A stretch of 64,000 bases of DNA from Polyangiales bacterium (GCA_038231275.1 JBBRLQ010000007.1:1-64000), one strand, 5' to 3'. Shown: positions 16,923 through 27,225, counted from the first letter of the stretch. Translations and numbers: made by a program. Notes: a model not told the origin generated them from the letters alone.

Positions 16923-18332
16923 TCAATCGGGCTGGTAGAGCTCGCGCTGCGTCGCTTCGCGGAAGTAGAACTTGTCGAACTGGCCGCGGTCGAAGGTGAC
17001 CGCACCGAAGAGATTCCACGCCACCGCCCAGACCGCCAGCCCCTTGAACGCGCGGCCGAGCGGCCGGCCGCCGATCGCGAGGAGCACGAAGAGGTAGACG
17101 GCGTAGTCGTTGGAGAAGCGATAGCCGAACTGCCGCCAGCCGCTGTTCTGGTAGAGGAGGTTCACCGCGAGGGGCATGAGCGCGCACGCCGCGATGGCCC
17201 AGTGGAAGTACCCGCGCCCCTTCGGCCGGAAGAGCCAAAAGTAGAAGGGGCACGTGAACCAGAGCGCCAACCCGTGCTCGTTCACCTTGAAGGGGACGCA
17301 ATCGGAGAAGTGGAGGAGCGCCTGTGAGACCCCGCCGGGCCCCGCGAAGCACATCGTCCCCTTCTGCGGAAGGAACGGCAGCACAGTCAGCATCACGCCG
17401 AGGTTCTTGCCGAGGTAGTGGTAGCCGAAGAGACCCCACTGGGCCATGCGGTGCTGCCAGACGACGGTGAGGTGCTCGTGCCCGAACGCGGTCGGCGAGA
17501 GCTCACCGAAGCGAGACCAGTTCATCCACGACGCGAGCGCGAGGGTGGCGGCGATCGGCAGGACGAACGGCACCAACCTTCGGAGCAGCGCGGCGCGATC
17601 GAGCTCATTCCAGATCTTCCTCGCGCGCTCGGCGAGAGTGCCGTCCTCCGGCAATGACTTGCAGGATACACGTATCGCCTCGAGCACGAAGAAGAGGCCC
17701 GTGACGAGGACCGTCGGGCGCGTCATGAACACGCACCCCATCAGAATGCCGGAGAGCAGCGGCCTCTCGGCATCCAGCGCCGACAGCAGGTAGAGGGCGG
17801 AGAGGCCCACCGCGACGACGTGCGCCGCGTACCACACCGTCCCCTCGACGGCGGTGAAGAAGTAGAGGGTGCCGAACGCGAAGAGGCTCGCGAGGAAGAT
17901 GTTCTCGCCTTCGCCGCGCTGCGATCGACCGGTGCGGCGCAGCTTCTCGAGGACGAGGAAGAGGAACGTCGGCCCGAGGCCTGCCAGCCATACCATGAAC
18001 TGCCCGTCTTGGAAGTTCTCGGGCGAGCCGGCAATCTTGACGAGCGGGAGCATCAACAGCGCCGGGAACGGCGGGAAGCTGATGTACGTCTTGCCCTGGT
18101 ACTCCGCAAAGTCGTTGCCCATCGCGTAGCTCGGTCCGCCGTGCACGATCCACTGGCGTCCGTGCGCCCAGGCGTCCGCGAGCTGGGCGTAGTGATTGAA
18201 GGCGGTGTGCTCGCCGAGGCGCTGGGGGCCTGCCACCAGGGCGAACACCGCGGTCGTGACCACGTACACGAGGAGCGCGAACGCGAGCCGGCGGCGGGTC
18301 TCCTGGGAGATGCGATCGAGCCAGGCCGCCAT
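16923..18332 (-). CDS. Polytopic membrane protein, GT-C glycosyltransferase-like
   Basis: About 10-11 TM segments; YISFPPFPALLMLP loop, TRP and C-terminal FGYRF resemble the GT-C fold families. Confidence 0.55.
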   Translation of the reverse strand: MAAWLDRISQETRRRLAFALLVYVVTTAVFALVAGPQRLGEHTAFNHYAQLADAWAHGRQWIVHGGPSYAMGNDFAEYQGKTYISFPPFPALLMLPLVKIAGSPENFQDGQFMVWLAGLGPTFLFLVLEKLRRTGRSQRGEGENIFLASLFAFGTLYFFTAVEGTVWYAAHVVAVGLSALYLLSALDAERPLLSGILMGCVFMTRPTVLVTGLFFVLEAIRVSCKSLPEDGTLAERARKIWNELDRAALLRRLVPFVLPIAATLALASWMNWSRFGELSPTAFGHEHLTVVWQHRMAQWGLFGYHYLGKNLGVMLTVLPFLPQKGTMCFAGPGGVSQALLHFSDCVPFKVNEHGLALWFTCPFYFWLFRPKGRGYFHWAIAACALMPLAVNLLYQNSGWRQFGYRFSNDYAVYLFVLLAIGGRPLGRAFKGLAVWAVAWNLFGAVTFDRGQFDKFYFREATQRELYQPD

Positions 18333-18554
18333 TGGCGCGGCACGCTACCACTGCTTTCGGAGCCCGAGCGAGTCGACGTTTCATCGCGGCGCGCGACGGG
18401 GCTGAGCCGGGGGTCGCCGCGAATTTCCCTACGCAGTGAACAGGTGGCACGTGCACCCAGGTTCGCGGTCGAGGGCGCGTTAATCGCAGATCTGCGGGCA
18501 AAAACGCGGGTCCTCGCGCCGGCACGACACTTGTAGGGAGCGTAGGTACCGACC

Positions 18555-18740
18555 ATGGCACTCCCCTTCGACGATACGCGTGGCGCTCGTGATCCCCGTG
18601 CACTCGCGATTCTCGCGAAGACGATCTACCGGGAGCTTCGGTCGAGCGGCTACACCGAACGGGACGTCGTCGCGCTGACGGGCGAGCTCCTGGGAATGGT
18701 CACGACCGAAGTGAAGGGGCGCCGTTCGTCGCAAGACTGA
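18555..18740 (+). CDS. Small (61 aa) helical hypothetical protein
   Basis: Amphipathic helices (ALAILAKTIYRELRSSGY...VVALTGELLGMVT); fills an intergenic gap and has coding-like codon usage. Confidence 0.7.
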   Translation: MALPFDDTRGARDPRALAILAKTIYRELRSSGYTERDVVALTGELLGMVTTEVKGRRSSQD

Positions 18741-18792
18741 ACGTGCCTCCGGCTCAATCTGCGCTCGATCGACCGCTCTCTGCGCAGAACAT

Positions 18793-18822
18793 TTGACAAA
18801 TTCGGCCCCGGGACTCGACAAT
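18793..18822 (+). promoter_or_regulatory. Putative sigma-70 promoter of the FHA-CpaF gene
   Basis: TTGACA-N18-GACAAT. Confidence 0.45.
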
Positions 18823-18901
18823 TCGAGCCGGACTGAGTCTTCGCGAAGGGCGCGCGTGTTCCGCGCGGCGTCGCGCGAGGTCTCTTTCCGAGGGACGGTG
18901 A

Positions 18902-21043
18902 ATGTTCTCCATCATCATTAGCGAAAAGGGGGGCGCGGAGCGCAAGGAGAGCTTCGACAAGAACGAGATCAACGTCGGCCGCGTGCAGGGCAACGATCTC
19001 ATGCTGCCGAAGGGCAACGTCTCCAAGCATCACGCGCGACTCCTCTACCGCGATGGTCGGTTCATCGTCACCGATCTGAAGAGCACCAACGGGACCTACG
19101 TCAACGGTCGAAAAATCGCGCAGGCGACGATCGTTCGCGAGGGCGACAAGATCTACATCGGCGACTTCGTGCTGCGGCTCGACGGCGGGCAGGCGCCGGC
19201 AGCGCAGCTCGACGCTCCGATGCCGGCCGCCGACGAAGAGTCGATTCGGACGCTCGCGCGCAACCAGATGCCCCCAGCGGCCGCTCCCCAGCCCGCCGTG
19301 ACGCTCAAGGCCCCGACGCATCCGCCGAACCCGCAAAACCAGCAGCTCCAGCCGATGACGCGACAGCCGCCGACGCCCGCCGTGGGGCAAGGGCTCCAGC
19401 CGCGCGGCGATGCCGGGGCGGTGAGTCATTTCCCGCTCGAGCGTGATCCCGACGAGAGCGAGCCGGCCGCCGCAAAGGTCGCCGTCGCTCCGCCTCGGAT
19501 GGCGTCAGCCCCGCCCGTCGCGCCTGCGCCCGTCGCTGTAGCGCCGCGCGGCGGCACGATGCAACTCCAGCAAAATCCTGGCGCAGGCCCGGTCCTCAAC
19601 CCGCGCGGACCGACCGCGCAGTCCGCGGGCGGCGGGGTCGCCCCTCCGCCGATCGCCGCCCCCGCACCGATGCAACCGCCGCCGCCCGTCGCCGCGCCGG
19701 TTCCCGTCGCCTCTGCGCCGATTCAAGCGGCCGCCCCCGCGCCGGTCGCGCGCCCGGTGCCGGCCCCGGTGGCCGCGCCGCCACGCGCGGCCGCACGCGA
19801 GACCGCGGCGCAGGCTGGACGCCGGCTCGCGCTGATCACTCTCGTGGATCGCATCGCCGACGCGGTGGACCTTCGGCCTCTGAAGACGAGCCCGATCGTC
19901 GACGACGCGCTGGCGCAGCAGATCGATCGGGCCGCCCGCGAGCAAGCGAACCAGATGCGTGACGAAGGCGAGGCGCCAGAAGGTGTCGACGTCGAGATGC
20001 TGGTTCGCGACGCCGTACGCGAGCTCGTGGGGCTCGGGCCGATCGGCCCGCTTCTCGAGGACGACGACGTCAGCGAGATTCACTGCGTCCGGAGCGATCA
20101 GGTCCTCGCGATGCGGGGCGGGCAAGTGACGTTGGCGGAGGCCTCCTTCACGAGCGAAGAGGCGCTTTATCGAGTCGTCGCGCGCCTGGCGAACCAGAGT
20201 GGAGAGCCCTGGCGAAGCGGCGAGCACATCGTCGAGCGCCGTCTGCCCCGCGGCGCACAGATGCTCGCCATCGCGCCGCCCGCGGCAGCCGCCCACGTCC
20301 TCGTGGTCCGCAAGAAGCGTCGCATCGACATGTCGCTCGAGGATCTCATTCGCGCCGGCTCGCTTTCGCGGCCGATGGCGGTCTTCCTCGAGACGTGCCT
20401 GGCGGCGCGAGTGAACATCCTCGTGTGCGGATCCGCGCCCACCGCGACGTCGCAACTTCTGGCCGCGCTGGCCTCGGCCGGCCCCGCGGGGGAGCGAATC
20501 ATCGCCCTCCACGAGGTGGACGAGATCAACGTCGCGCACGCGCACATGGTCAGTCTTCCCTTGCTCGACACTCGCCAGCGTGGCGAGGAGGCCGTGCGCG
20601 CGTCGTCACGCTTGCGGCCGGATCGGCTTGTCGTCGGCACGCTCGCTGGGGGCGTCGCCGTTGGTACGCTCGAGGCGATCGCGGAGGGGGCCGAGGGGGT
20701 GTTGGCGGCGACCGCTGCGCCCACCTTGCGACAGGGTCTCGCGCGCCTCGGCGCGCAGCTGGCGATGTCTCGGCCGGGCGCGAGCGCGGATGCGATCCGT
20801 GAGGCGCTGGGCGAGTCGTTCGATGTCGCGCTGGAGCTCGGGGCCCAGGGCGATGGGCGCCCGCGAATCATCAGGATCTGTGAGCTTGCGGGCTCGGACG
20901 GAAAGGCCGTGGCGGTGCGCGATTTGTTCGTGCTCGAGCCCAACGGTGAGTTCTCCGCGACGGGCACCGTGCCGCGAATGGTCAACGACTTGAGTGTCCG
21001 CGGGGTCAAGGTGGACCAGGGGATCTTCAAGCGGGGACGGTGA
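18902..21043 (+). CDS. FHA domain + Pro/Ala linker + CpaF/TadA-like ATPase domain with degenerate catalytic motifs
   Basis: FHA motifs VGR...VSKHHA...STNGTYVNG; CpaF-like GLGPIGPLLEDDDVSEI, NILVCG and RLRPDRLVVG. Confidence 0.88.
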   Translation: MFSIIISEKGGAERKESFDKNEINVGRVQGNDLMLPKGNVSKHHARLLYRDGRFIVTDLKSTNGTYVNGRKIAQATIVREGDKIYIGDFVLRLDGGQAPAAQLDAPMPAADEESIRTLARNQMPPAAAPQPAVTLKAPTHPPNPQNQQLQPMTRQPPTPAVGQGLQPRGDAGAVSHFPLERDPDESEPAAAKVAVAPPRMASAPPVAPAPVAVAPRGGTMQLQQNPGAGPVLNPRGPTAQSAGGGVAPPPIAAPAPMQPPPPVAAPVPVASAPIQAAAPAPVARPVPAPVAAPPRAAARETAAQAGRRLALITLVDRIADAVDLRPLKTSPIVDDALAQQIDRAAREQANQMRDEGEAPEGVDVEMLVRDAVRELVGLGPIGPLLEDDDVSEIHCVRSDQVLAMRGGQVTLAEASFTSEEALYRVVARLANQSGEPWRSGEHIVERRLPRGAQMLAIAPPAAAAHVLVVRKKRRIDMSLEDLIRAGSLSRPMAVFLETCLAARVNILVCGSAPTATSQLLAALASAGPAGERIIALHEVDEINVAHAHMVSLPLLDTRQRGEEAVRASSRLRPDRLVVGTLAGGVAVGTLEAIAEGAEGVLAATAAPTLRQGLARLGAQLAMSRPGASADAIREALGESFDVALELGAQGDGRPRIIRICELAGSDGKAVAVRDLFVLEPNGEFSATGTVPRMVNDLSVRGVKVDQGIFKRGR

Positions 21044-21269
21044 CGGTGATCGCGGAGAGTCGTCCGGGGACGGCCGCGCGCTTGGAGCGAGCGCAGGCTC
21101 GTCGACGACGTTCGGGACGGCGTCGCGTTAGTCGCGGACGGATTGGCAAAAGATCGATCGATCTCGGGCAACCACCGACGAACTGACGCGGATCGTTTCG
21201 GCGCACGCCCAGGAGTTCACTGATTTTCGACGCGTCGGTCGCGGTACAGACCTTGCGTAGCTCCCCCAC

Positions 21270-21842
21270 GTGACGTCCAACGAGATTTTCGTCGCCGTTC
21301 TCGCCGTTGTTCTGCCCGCGTGCGCGGGGTCTTCCGCTGTCGCCACCGAGCCGAGTGTCCAGGCGGCCGACGCGTCCGTCGAGACGTCCTCGGCCCCGTG
21401 CCGTCTCGTCGTCCGCGTCACGAGTGACCTCCACGAGACCATGGCGAGCCATCTCGGCGGCAGGACTTGCGTGGGGCGGACGCGCGCGGTCCTCGCGCGT
21501 CCGAGCCATTCCGGTGAAAGCTACTTCGTCGACCTCACGCTGACGGGCGCCCGCGATCGTCTCGTCCTCGGTCACGACGTGTTTCGCGTCACACCGAACG
21601 AGCCGTCGAGCGCCGAGGCGTTGCTCGCATCGTTGGGGTCGCCTCCAGGTGAGCCACGACGTGAACCGCGTGCGCACGGCACGACGTCACCCATCGCGGC
21701 CAACACCTGGATCACGATCGCCGACGGCACGTGGAACGACGGCGAGCGTTATTCGGTCGCGGTGCGCGTCGATGACCCGCCGACGATGGACGTCGCTACG
21801 CGAAGCGGGATCGACAAATCGGACGACGCGCAGGTCCAATGA
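21270..21842 (+). CDS. Hypothetical lipoprotein
   Basis: Hydrophobic N-terminus ending in LPAC; ATGA overlap with the macrodomain gene. Confidence 0.5.
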   Translation: MTSNEIFVAVLAVVLPACAGSSAVATEPSVQAADASVETSSAPCRLVVRVTSDLHETMASHLGGRTCVGRTRAVLARPSHSGESYFVDLTLTGARDRLVLGHDVFRVTPNEPSSAEALLASLGSPPGEPRREPRAHGTTSPIAANTWITIADGTWNDGERYSVAVRVDDPPTMDVATRSGIDKSDDAQVQ

Positions 21843-22387
21843 GTGTCCGAATCGGAGTCACGCAGCTCGCGCTCGTCGAGGGATGCGTTGCGGATCAAGA
21901 CACGGATGCCGTCGTCACGGCCGCGCATTGGAACCTACACGGAGGACAGGGAACGGACGGCGCCGTCCACGCCAAGGCTGGCCCGAAGCTCCTCGAAGAA
22001 TGCCGAACGATCGGCTGGTGCGCGCCCGGCGACGCCGTCATCACCGGGGGCTACGAGCTCAAGGCGAGGCACGTCATCCATGCCGTTGGGCCCATCTGGG
22101 AGAAGGGCAAGGCGAACGAAGCGACTTGGCTCCGCTCGGCCTACGAACGATCTCTCGCGCTTGCGGTTCTGCACGGCGACCGAAGCATTTCAGTCCCCTC
22201 GATCTCGACGGGGGCGTTCGGCTATCCCCTGCGACTCGCCGCCCCCGTCGCGATCGATGCCATCGTCGATTTTCTGCAAGCGCAAGCGCCGCTCGATCTC
22301 GTCCGAATCGTGCTCTACCCACGCGAGCAGCCGACCGCGTACGCGATCTATGCTGCCGCACTCGCGCAGCGCATCGACGATCCGTAG
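21839..22387 (+). CDS. Macro domain protein (YmdB/ADP-ribose-binding family, variant)
   Basis: Motifs DAVVTAAH..LHGGQGTDGAVH, GDAVITGG, VIHAVGP and PSISTGAFGYP. Confidence 0.9.
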   Translation: MSVRIGVTQLALVEGCVADQDTDAVVTAAHWNLHGGQGTDGAVHAKAGPKLLEECRTIGWCAPGDAVITGGYELKARHVIHAVGPIWEKGKANEATWLRSAYERSLALAVLHGDRSISVPSISTGAFGYPLRLAAPVAIDAIVDFLQAQAPLDLVRIVLYPREQPTAYAIYAAALAQRIDDP

Positions 22388-22494
22388 AAGCCCTCGCGTG
22401 TGCCGTACGGCTTCCCCCGAAACGCCTTCTGCGCGTCTCCTCAAGCTAGACGCGGGACCCGACGTGATGAAAAAGCGCCTGCGCGCGTCTTCTG

Positions 22495-23001
22495 CTAGGC
22501 GCTCGCGTCGGACCGCTTCTGCATCTTGCGGTGCACGAGCCTTTTTTTCAGCGGTCCGAGGTGATCGATCATGAGAACGCCCTCGAGGTGGTCGTACTCG
22601 TGCTGGATCGCGACCGCGAGGAGCCCCTCGGCCTCGAGCGTGAACGGCTTGCCGTCTCGGTCGAGGGCGCGCACTTTGACCTTCGCGGCGCGATCCACGT
22701 CCTCCGTCACCCCCGGAAAGCTCAGGCAGCCCTCCGTCCACGTGATCTCATCCTGGCGCTCGAAGATCTCGGGGTTGATGAAGACGCGGAGGTCGCTCGG
22801 CTCCTCAGGCTCCGCGACATCGATGACGAACAGCGCGACGGCCTCGCCGATCTGGGTCGCAGCGAGCCCGACGCCCGGTGCCGCGTACATCGTCTCCGCC
22901 ATGTCGTCGATCAGCGCGCGCACCTCGTCCGTGACTCGCTCCACTCTCTTGCCCTTCTCGCGAAGGCGCTTGTCCGGATAGTGCAGAATCGTGCGAATCA
23001 T
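22495..23001 (-). CDS. def: Peptide deformylase
   Basis: Motifs GVGLAATQ, EGCLS and QHEYDHLEG. Confidence 0.98.
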   Translation of the reverse strand: MIRTILHYPDKRLREKGKRVERVTDEVRALIDDMAETMYAAPGVGLAATQIGEAVALFVIDVAEPEEPSDLRVFINPEIFERQDEITWTEGCLSFPGVTEDVDRAAKVKVRALDRDGKPFTLEAEGLLAVAIQHEYDHLEGVLMIDHLGPLKKRLVHRKMQKRSDASA

Positions 23002-23050
23002 GGGACCCCAAGCTTAATGCCTGCGGGCCTCTTCGGCCAGCACATCGACG

Positions 23051-24169
23051 TCAGCCGGCTCGCTCAGGAAACTCGATCATGCCGTGAACGTAGGCGTCTT
23101 CGCCGCAAAGCTCCCACGTCGGCTTGGCGATCTTGGGCGCTTCCGCAGGGGTATCGGGCCCTGCCCAATCCACCGCCCCCGCGCGGCCCCGTGGCCCGAG
23201 GAGGATCGGGGCGACGAACGCGTGGAGCTCGTCCGCGAGATGGCCGGCGAGGAAGCTCCCCGCGAGCTCCGCGCCACCTTCGACCATCAGGCGAACGATC
23301 CCGCGCGACGCGAGGAGCTTGAGCGCTGCGGGCGCGTCGATTCGGCCCTCGGCGGACGCGGGCGCCCGCAACACTTCGACGCCGCGCGTGGTCAGCTCGT
23401 CTTCGGCGCTCGTCGGCGCGTCCGCGTTGCAGATGACCCACGTGGGGATCTCCGCCGCTGTCTCGACCAATCGCGCGTGCTTGGGGAGGCGGAGCTTCGT
23501 GTCGAAGACCACGCGGAGGGGACTGCCGCCGGGCGCGTCGCGCACCGTCAGCCGCGGATCATCGGCGAGCGCGGTCCCGATGCCGATCGCGACCGCGTCG
23601 CTTGCCGCGCGCAGGGCGTGGACGCGCGCGCGCGCCTCCGGACCGGTCAACCACTTCGACGCGCCCGTCCTCGTCGCGATGCGCCCGTCGAGCGAGAGCG
23701 CCAGCTTGAGGGAGACGTAGGGCAAGCCGACCGTGACGTGCTTCACCCATGGGCGGATGAGCGCGGTGCATTCGTCCGCGAGGACGCCGACCTCGACCTC
23801 GATGCCGGCCTCGCGGAGCTTGTCGATGCCGCCGCCCGCGACATTCGGGTTGGGATCCGTACAGCCGACGACGACGCGCGCGATCTTCGCGGCGACGATC
23901 GCGTCGGTGCACGGCGGAGTTCTGCCGACGTGGTTGCAGGGCTCCAGCGTGACGTACAGCGTGGCCCCCGTGGCCTTGGCGCCTGCCGCGCGGAGGGCGA
24001 CAACTTCCGCGTGATCTTCTCCGGCGCGTTCGTGGTGCCCGCTGCCCACGAGCTCGCCGTCCTTCACGATCACCGCACCAACGTGCGGATTGGGGGATGG
24101 CCTGCCCTTTTGCGCCAGCTCGAGGGCGCGCTTCATCCAGCCCGCAGCGTCCATCGGCGCAGCGCTCAC
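23051..24169 (-). CDS. ribD: Riboflavin biosynthesis deaminase/reductase
   Basis: Motifs [32 protein letters not shown] and VEGG. Confidence 0.97.
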   Translation of the reverse strand: MSAAPMDAAGWMKRALELAQKGRPSPNPHVGAVIVKDGELVGSGHHERAGEDHAEVVALRAAGAKATGATLYVTLEPCNHVGRTPPCTDAIVAAKIARVVVGCTDPNPNVAGGGIDKLREAGIEVEVGVLADECTALIRPWVKHVTVGLPYVSLKLALSLDGRIATRTGASKWLTGPEARARVHALRAASDAVAIGIGTALADDPRLTVRDAPGGSPLRVVFDTKLRLPKHARLVETAAEIPTWVICNADAPTSAEDELTTRGVEVLRAPASAEGRIDAPAALKLLASRGIVRLMVEGGAELAGSFLAGHLADELHAFVAPILLGPRGRAGAVDWAGPDTPAEAPKIAKPTWELCGEDAYVHGMIEFPERAG

Positions 24170-24636
24170 GGCGTCGTCTCCCCGCGCGCGCTCGCGAGCC
24201 GGTCGAGCTCCTCGCGGAACTCGTCGAGATCACGGAAGCTGCGGTACACGCTCGCGAAGCGCACGTATGCGATCTCGTCGAGCGCGCGCAACCGGGCCAT
24301 CACACGCTCGCCGATGCGCGGGGACGGGATCTCCTTCTCCCCCGAGTCGATGAGATCGCGCTCGATCGCGTCGACGGTCTCCTCGATCTTCTCGAGCGGG
24401 ACCGCCCGCTTCTCGCACGCCCGCCGGAGACCGGAGAGGAGCTTCTGGCGGTCGAACATCTCGCGCCGCCCGTCCTTCTTCACCACGAGCGGCAGGACCT
24501 CCTCGACGCGCTCGTAGGTGGTGAACCGCCGCGTGCACTGCTCGCACTCGCGCCGTCGCCGGATGACGTCCCCTGCGGTCGCCACGCGCGAGTCGGTCAC
24601 CTTGCTCTCGAGGTGCGTGCAGAAAGGGCACTTCAT
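24166..24636 (-). CDS. nrdR: Transcriptional repressor NrdR
   Basis: MKCPFC...RRRREC..C..RFTTYER, ATP-cone and YVRFASVY. Confidence 0.98.
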   Translation of the reverse strand: MKCPFCTHLESKVTDSRVATAGDVIRRRRECEQCTRRFTTYERVEEVLPLVVKKDGRREMFDRQKLLSGLRRACEKRAVPLEKIEETVDAIERDLIDSGEKEIPSPRIGERVMARLRALDEIAYVRFASVYRSFRDLDEFREELDRLASARGETTP

Positions 24637-24655
24637 GCGATGTGCCTGGGCATGG

Positions 24656-25900
24656 TCATTCGTCGAAGCGCGAGAAGAGCACCGAGCAGTTCGTCCCGCC
24701 GAACCCGAACGAGTTGTTCAGGGCGTGTCGGACCCGCCGCTCACGCGCCGTGTTCGCGACGAAGTCGAGCGTGCACGCGGGGTCCTGGTCCGTGAGGTTG
24801 ATCGTCGGAGGGATCCTTCCCTCCTTGATGGCGAGCGCGCAGATCGCGCTCTCGACCGCGCCGGCCGCGCCGAGCAGGTGCCCCATCATCGACTTCGTGG
24901 AGCTGACCCAGAGCTTCTTCTCCGTGGCGTGCGCGCCGAAGACGGACGCGAGCGCCTGTGACTCGGCGATGTCTCCGGCGGGCGTCGAGGTCCCGTGGGC
25001 GTTGACGTATTCGACCTGATCCGGCGCGACGCCGGCGTCCTTCAGCGCCATGCGCATCGAGCGCTGGGCCCCCTCTCCGCCAGGGGATGGCTGCGTCAGG
25101 TGGTTCGCGTCGCTCGACGCGCCGTAGCCCGTGACCTCGGCGTAGATCTTCGCGCCGCGCTTCTTGGCGCGCGAGAGCGACTCGAGGATGAGCATGCCCG
25201 ACCCTTCGCCACAGACGAAGCCGTCACGCCCCTTGTCGAACGGGCGGCTCGCGCGCTTCGGATCGTCGTTGCGCTTCGACAGCGCCATCATCGCCTCGAA
25301 GCCGCCGATGCCGACCGGCGTGACTGTCGCCTCCGCGCCGCCGGCGACCATGACCTGGGCGCGGCCGCGCCGGATCCATTCGGTCGCCTCGCCGAGTGCG
25401 TGCGCGCCGCTGGAGCACGCGCTCGTCGTGCAGTAGCTCGGGCCGCGAAGGCCCCAACGCATCGAGACCTGGCCGGCCGCGATGTTCGCGATGATGCCCG
25501 GGATCGAGTACGGGCTGATGCGTCCGGGCCCCTTCTCGAGGAGCGTCTGCTTCGTCTTTTCGAGCGTGAACAGGCCGCCGAGGCCGACGCCGATGAAGCA
25601 GCCCGCCTCGTCCTTGTCTTCGTCGGAGAGCTCGAGCTTCGAGTCCTCGATCGCGAGGTGCGCCGCGCCGAGCGCGAACTCGGTGAAGCGGTCCATCTCC
25701 TTCAGCTTCTTCTTCTCGATGAAGCGAAGCGGATCCCAGCCCTTCACCTCCCCCGCGATCTTCACGCGGAACTGGGTGGTGTCGAAGAGGGTGATGAGAT
25801 CGATCCCGCTCTGACCGGAGAGGAGCGCTTGCCACGTCTCCTGGGTCCCGATTCCGACCGGGGTCACGAGACCTACGCCCGTAATGACGACGCGTTCCAT
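24656..25900 (-). CDS. fabF: Beta-ketoacyl-ACP synthase II
   Basis: Motifs [33 protein letters not shown] and NSFGFGGTN. Confidence 0.97.
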   Translation of the reverse strand: MERVVITGVGLVTPVGIGTQETWQALLSGQSGIDLITLFDTTQFRVKIAGEVKGWDPLRFIEKKKLKEMDRFTEFALGAAHLAIEDSKLELSDEDKDEAGCFIGVGLGGLFTLEKTKQTLLEKGPGRISPYSIPGIIANIAAGQVSMRWGLRGPSYCTTSACSSGAHALGEATEWIRRGRAQVMVAGGAEATVTPVGIGGFEAMMALSKRNDDPKRASRPFDKGRDGFVCGEGSGMLILESLSRAKKRGAKIYAEVTGYGASSDANHLTQPSPGGEGAQRSMRMALKDAGVAPDQVEYVNAHGTSTPAGDIAESQALASVFGAHATEKKLWVSSTKSMMGHLLGAAGAVESAICALAIKEGRIPPTINLTDQDPACTLDFVANTARERRVRHALNNSFGFGGTNCSVLFSRFDE

Positions 25901-25959
25901 GTCGCCCGTCTTCTTAGTAGCTTGTGGCGGCGCCGCAACTGCGCGCCGCCCACCGCCCG

Positions 25960-26202
25960 CTACTTCTTCGTGTGTTTCTCGATGTAGTCGATCGCGTCCT
26001 GAACGGTGCGGATCTTCTCCGTGTCCTCGTCCGGGATGTCGATCTCGAACGCCTCCTCGAACGCGAGGACGAGCTCCACGAGACCGAGCGAATCGGCGCC
26101 GAGATCGTCGATGAAGGTCGACTCCGGTTTGATGTCCTTCTCGTCGACGTCGAGCTGCTCCTTGATGATGCGCTTGACCTCGGTGGGAATATCCTGAGCC
26201 AT
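25960..26202 (-). CDS. acpP: Acyl carrier protein
   Basis: DLGADSLG phosphopantetheine site; acidic, 80 aa. Confidence 0.98.
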   Translation of the reverse strand: MAQDIPTEVKRIIKEQLDVDEKDIKPESTFIDDLGADSLGLVELVLAFEEAFEIDIPDEDTEKIRTVQDAIDYIEKHTKK

Positions 26203-26406
26203 ACCTGCCTCGTTCTCGGATGAAATACCGCGACTTGGAGCGGAGGTCGTTGGCCCGGAACGGGCGAACGACTGGAGCGACCCACACGACGGCTAACGCC
26301 TACGAAAAGACTCGGAAAAGAACCGCGTTAGAGCTGCGTTGCGCGCGATGTGAGAGCGCCCGTGGTTTACACACACTGGGTGAGAATTCCTAGTGCATTC
26401 GTGGAC

Positions 26407-26422
26407 CCTTTAGATCTAAAGG
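26407..26422. promoter_or_regulatory. Perfect 16-bp AT-rich palindrome in the fabG-acpP intergenic region (candidate operator)
   Basis: CCTTTAGATCTAAAGG is its own reverse complement. Confidence 0.55.
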
Positions 26423-26439
26423 AACCCGGGCACCGGTTT

Positions 26440-27186
26440 TCAGACGTACATTCCGCCGTTCACGCGGAGAACCTGGCCGGTGACGTAGCCCGCCTCGTCG
26501 CTCGCGAGGTACGCCACGGCGCCGGCGACGTCGCGCGCGCTGCCGACGCGACCGAGCGGGGTCACCTTGAGGATGTACTCCTTCATCGCGTCGTTCATGG
26601 CGTGGGTCATGTCGGTCTCGATGAAGCCGGGGGCCACGGCGTTGACCGTGATGTTGCGCGACGCGTACTCGCGCGCGATCGACTTGGCGGCGCCGAGGAC
26701 GGCGGCCTTGCTGGCGGCGTAGGCCGTCTGGCCGACGTTGCCCATCTCGCCGACGACGCTCGAGAGGAAGATGATGCGGCCGCCTTTGGCCTTCATCATC
26801 GGGCGGATGGCGCAGCGCGCGCACGTGATGGCGCCGCGCACGTTGGTCGCGAAGAGGCGATCCAGATCCTCGTCCTTGATGCGGAGGAGGAGGCCGTCGA
26901 TGGCGATGCCTGCGTTGGCGACGAGGATGTCGAGACGTCCGTGCTTCTTCACGAGCGCTTCGATCGCGGTCTCCGTCGCGGGGGTGTCGGCGATGTCGAA
27001 GCCGGAGATCTCCGCCTTGCCGCCCTTCGCGACGATGGCGTCGGCGACCTCCTTGGCTGCGGCCTCGCCCTTCACGTAGTTGACGATGACCGAGGCTCCC
27101 ATCTCGGCGAGCGTCTCGGCGCACGCGCGCCCGATGCCGCGTGAGCCGCCGGTGACGAGCGCGACCTTTCCGTCGATTCGAAACAT
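26440..27186 (-). CDS. fabG: 3-oxoacyl-ACP reductase
   Basis: Motifs TGGSRGIG, NAGI, YAASK and GQVLRVNGGM; lies in the fab operon. Confidence 0.96.
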   Translation of the reverse strand: MFRIDGKVALVTGGSRGIGRACAETLAEMGASVIVNYVKGEAAAKEVADAIVAKGGKAEISGFDIADTPATETAIEALVKKHGRLDILVANAGIAIDGLLLRIKDEDLDRLFATNVRGAITCARCAIRPMMKAKGGRIIFLSSVVGEMGNVGQTAYAASKAAVLGAAKSIAREYASRNITVNAVAPGFIETDMTHAMNDAMKEYILKVTPLGRVGSARDVAGAVAYLASDEAGYVTGQVLRVNGGMYV

Positions 27187-27225
27187 GGGCTCCTCTTCCT
27201 TCTTCCTGCTTCTGTCGCCGGTGAC

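Noticed and set aside
18902-21043. Tad/Flp pilus or conjugation locus
   Set aside because: No pilin, TadB/C, secretin or VirB genes are adjacent, and the ATPase motifs are degenerate.
21044-21269. tRNA, ncRNA or integration site in the gap after FHA-CpaF
   Set aside because: No cloverleaf or T-loop motif, direct repeats or integrase were found.
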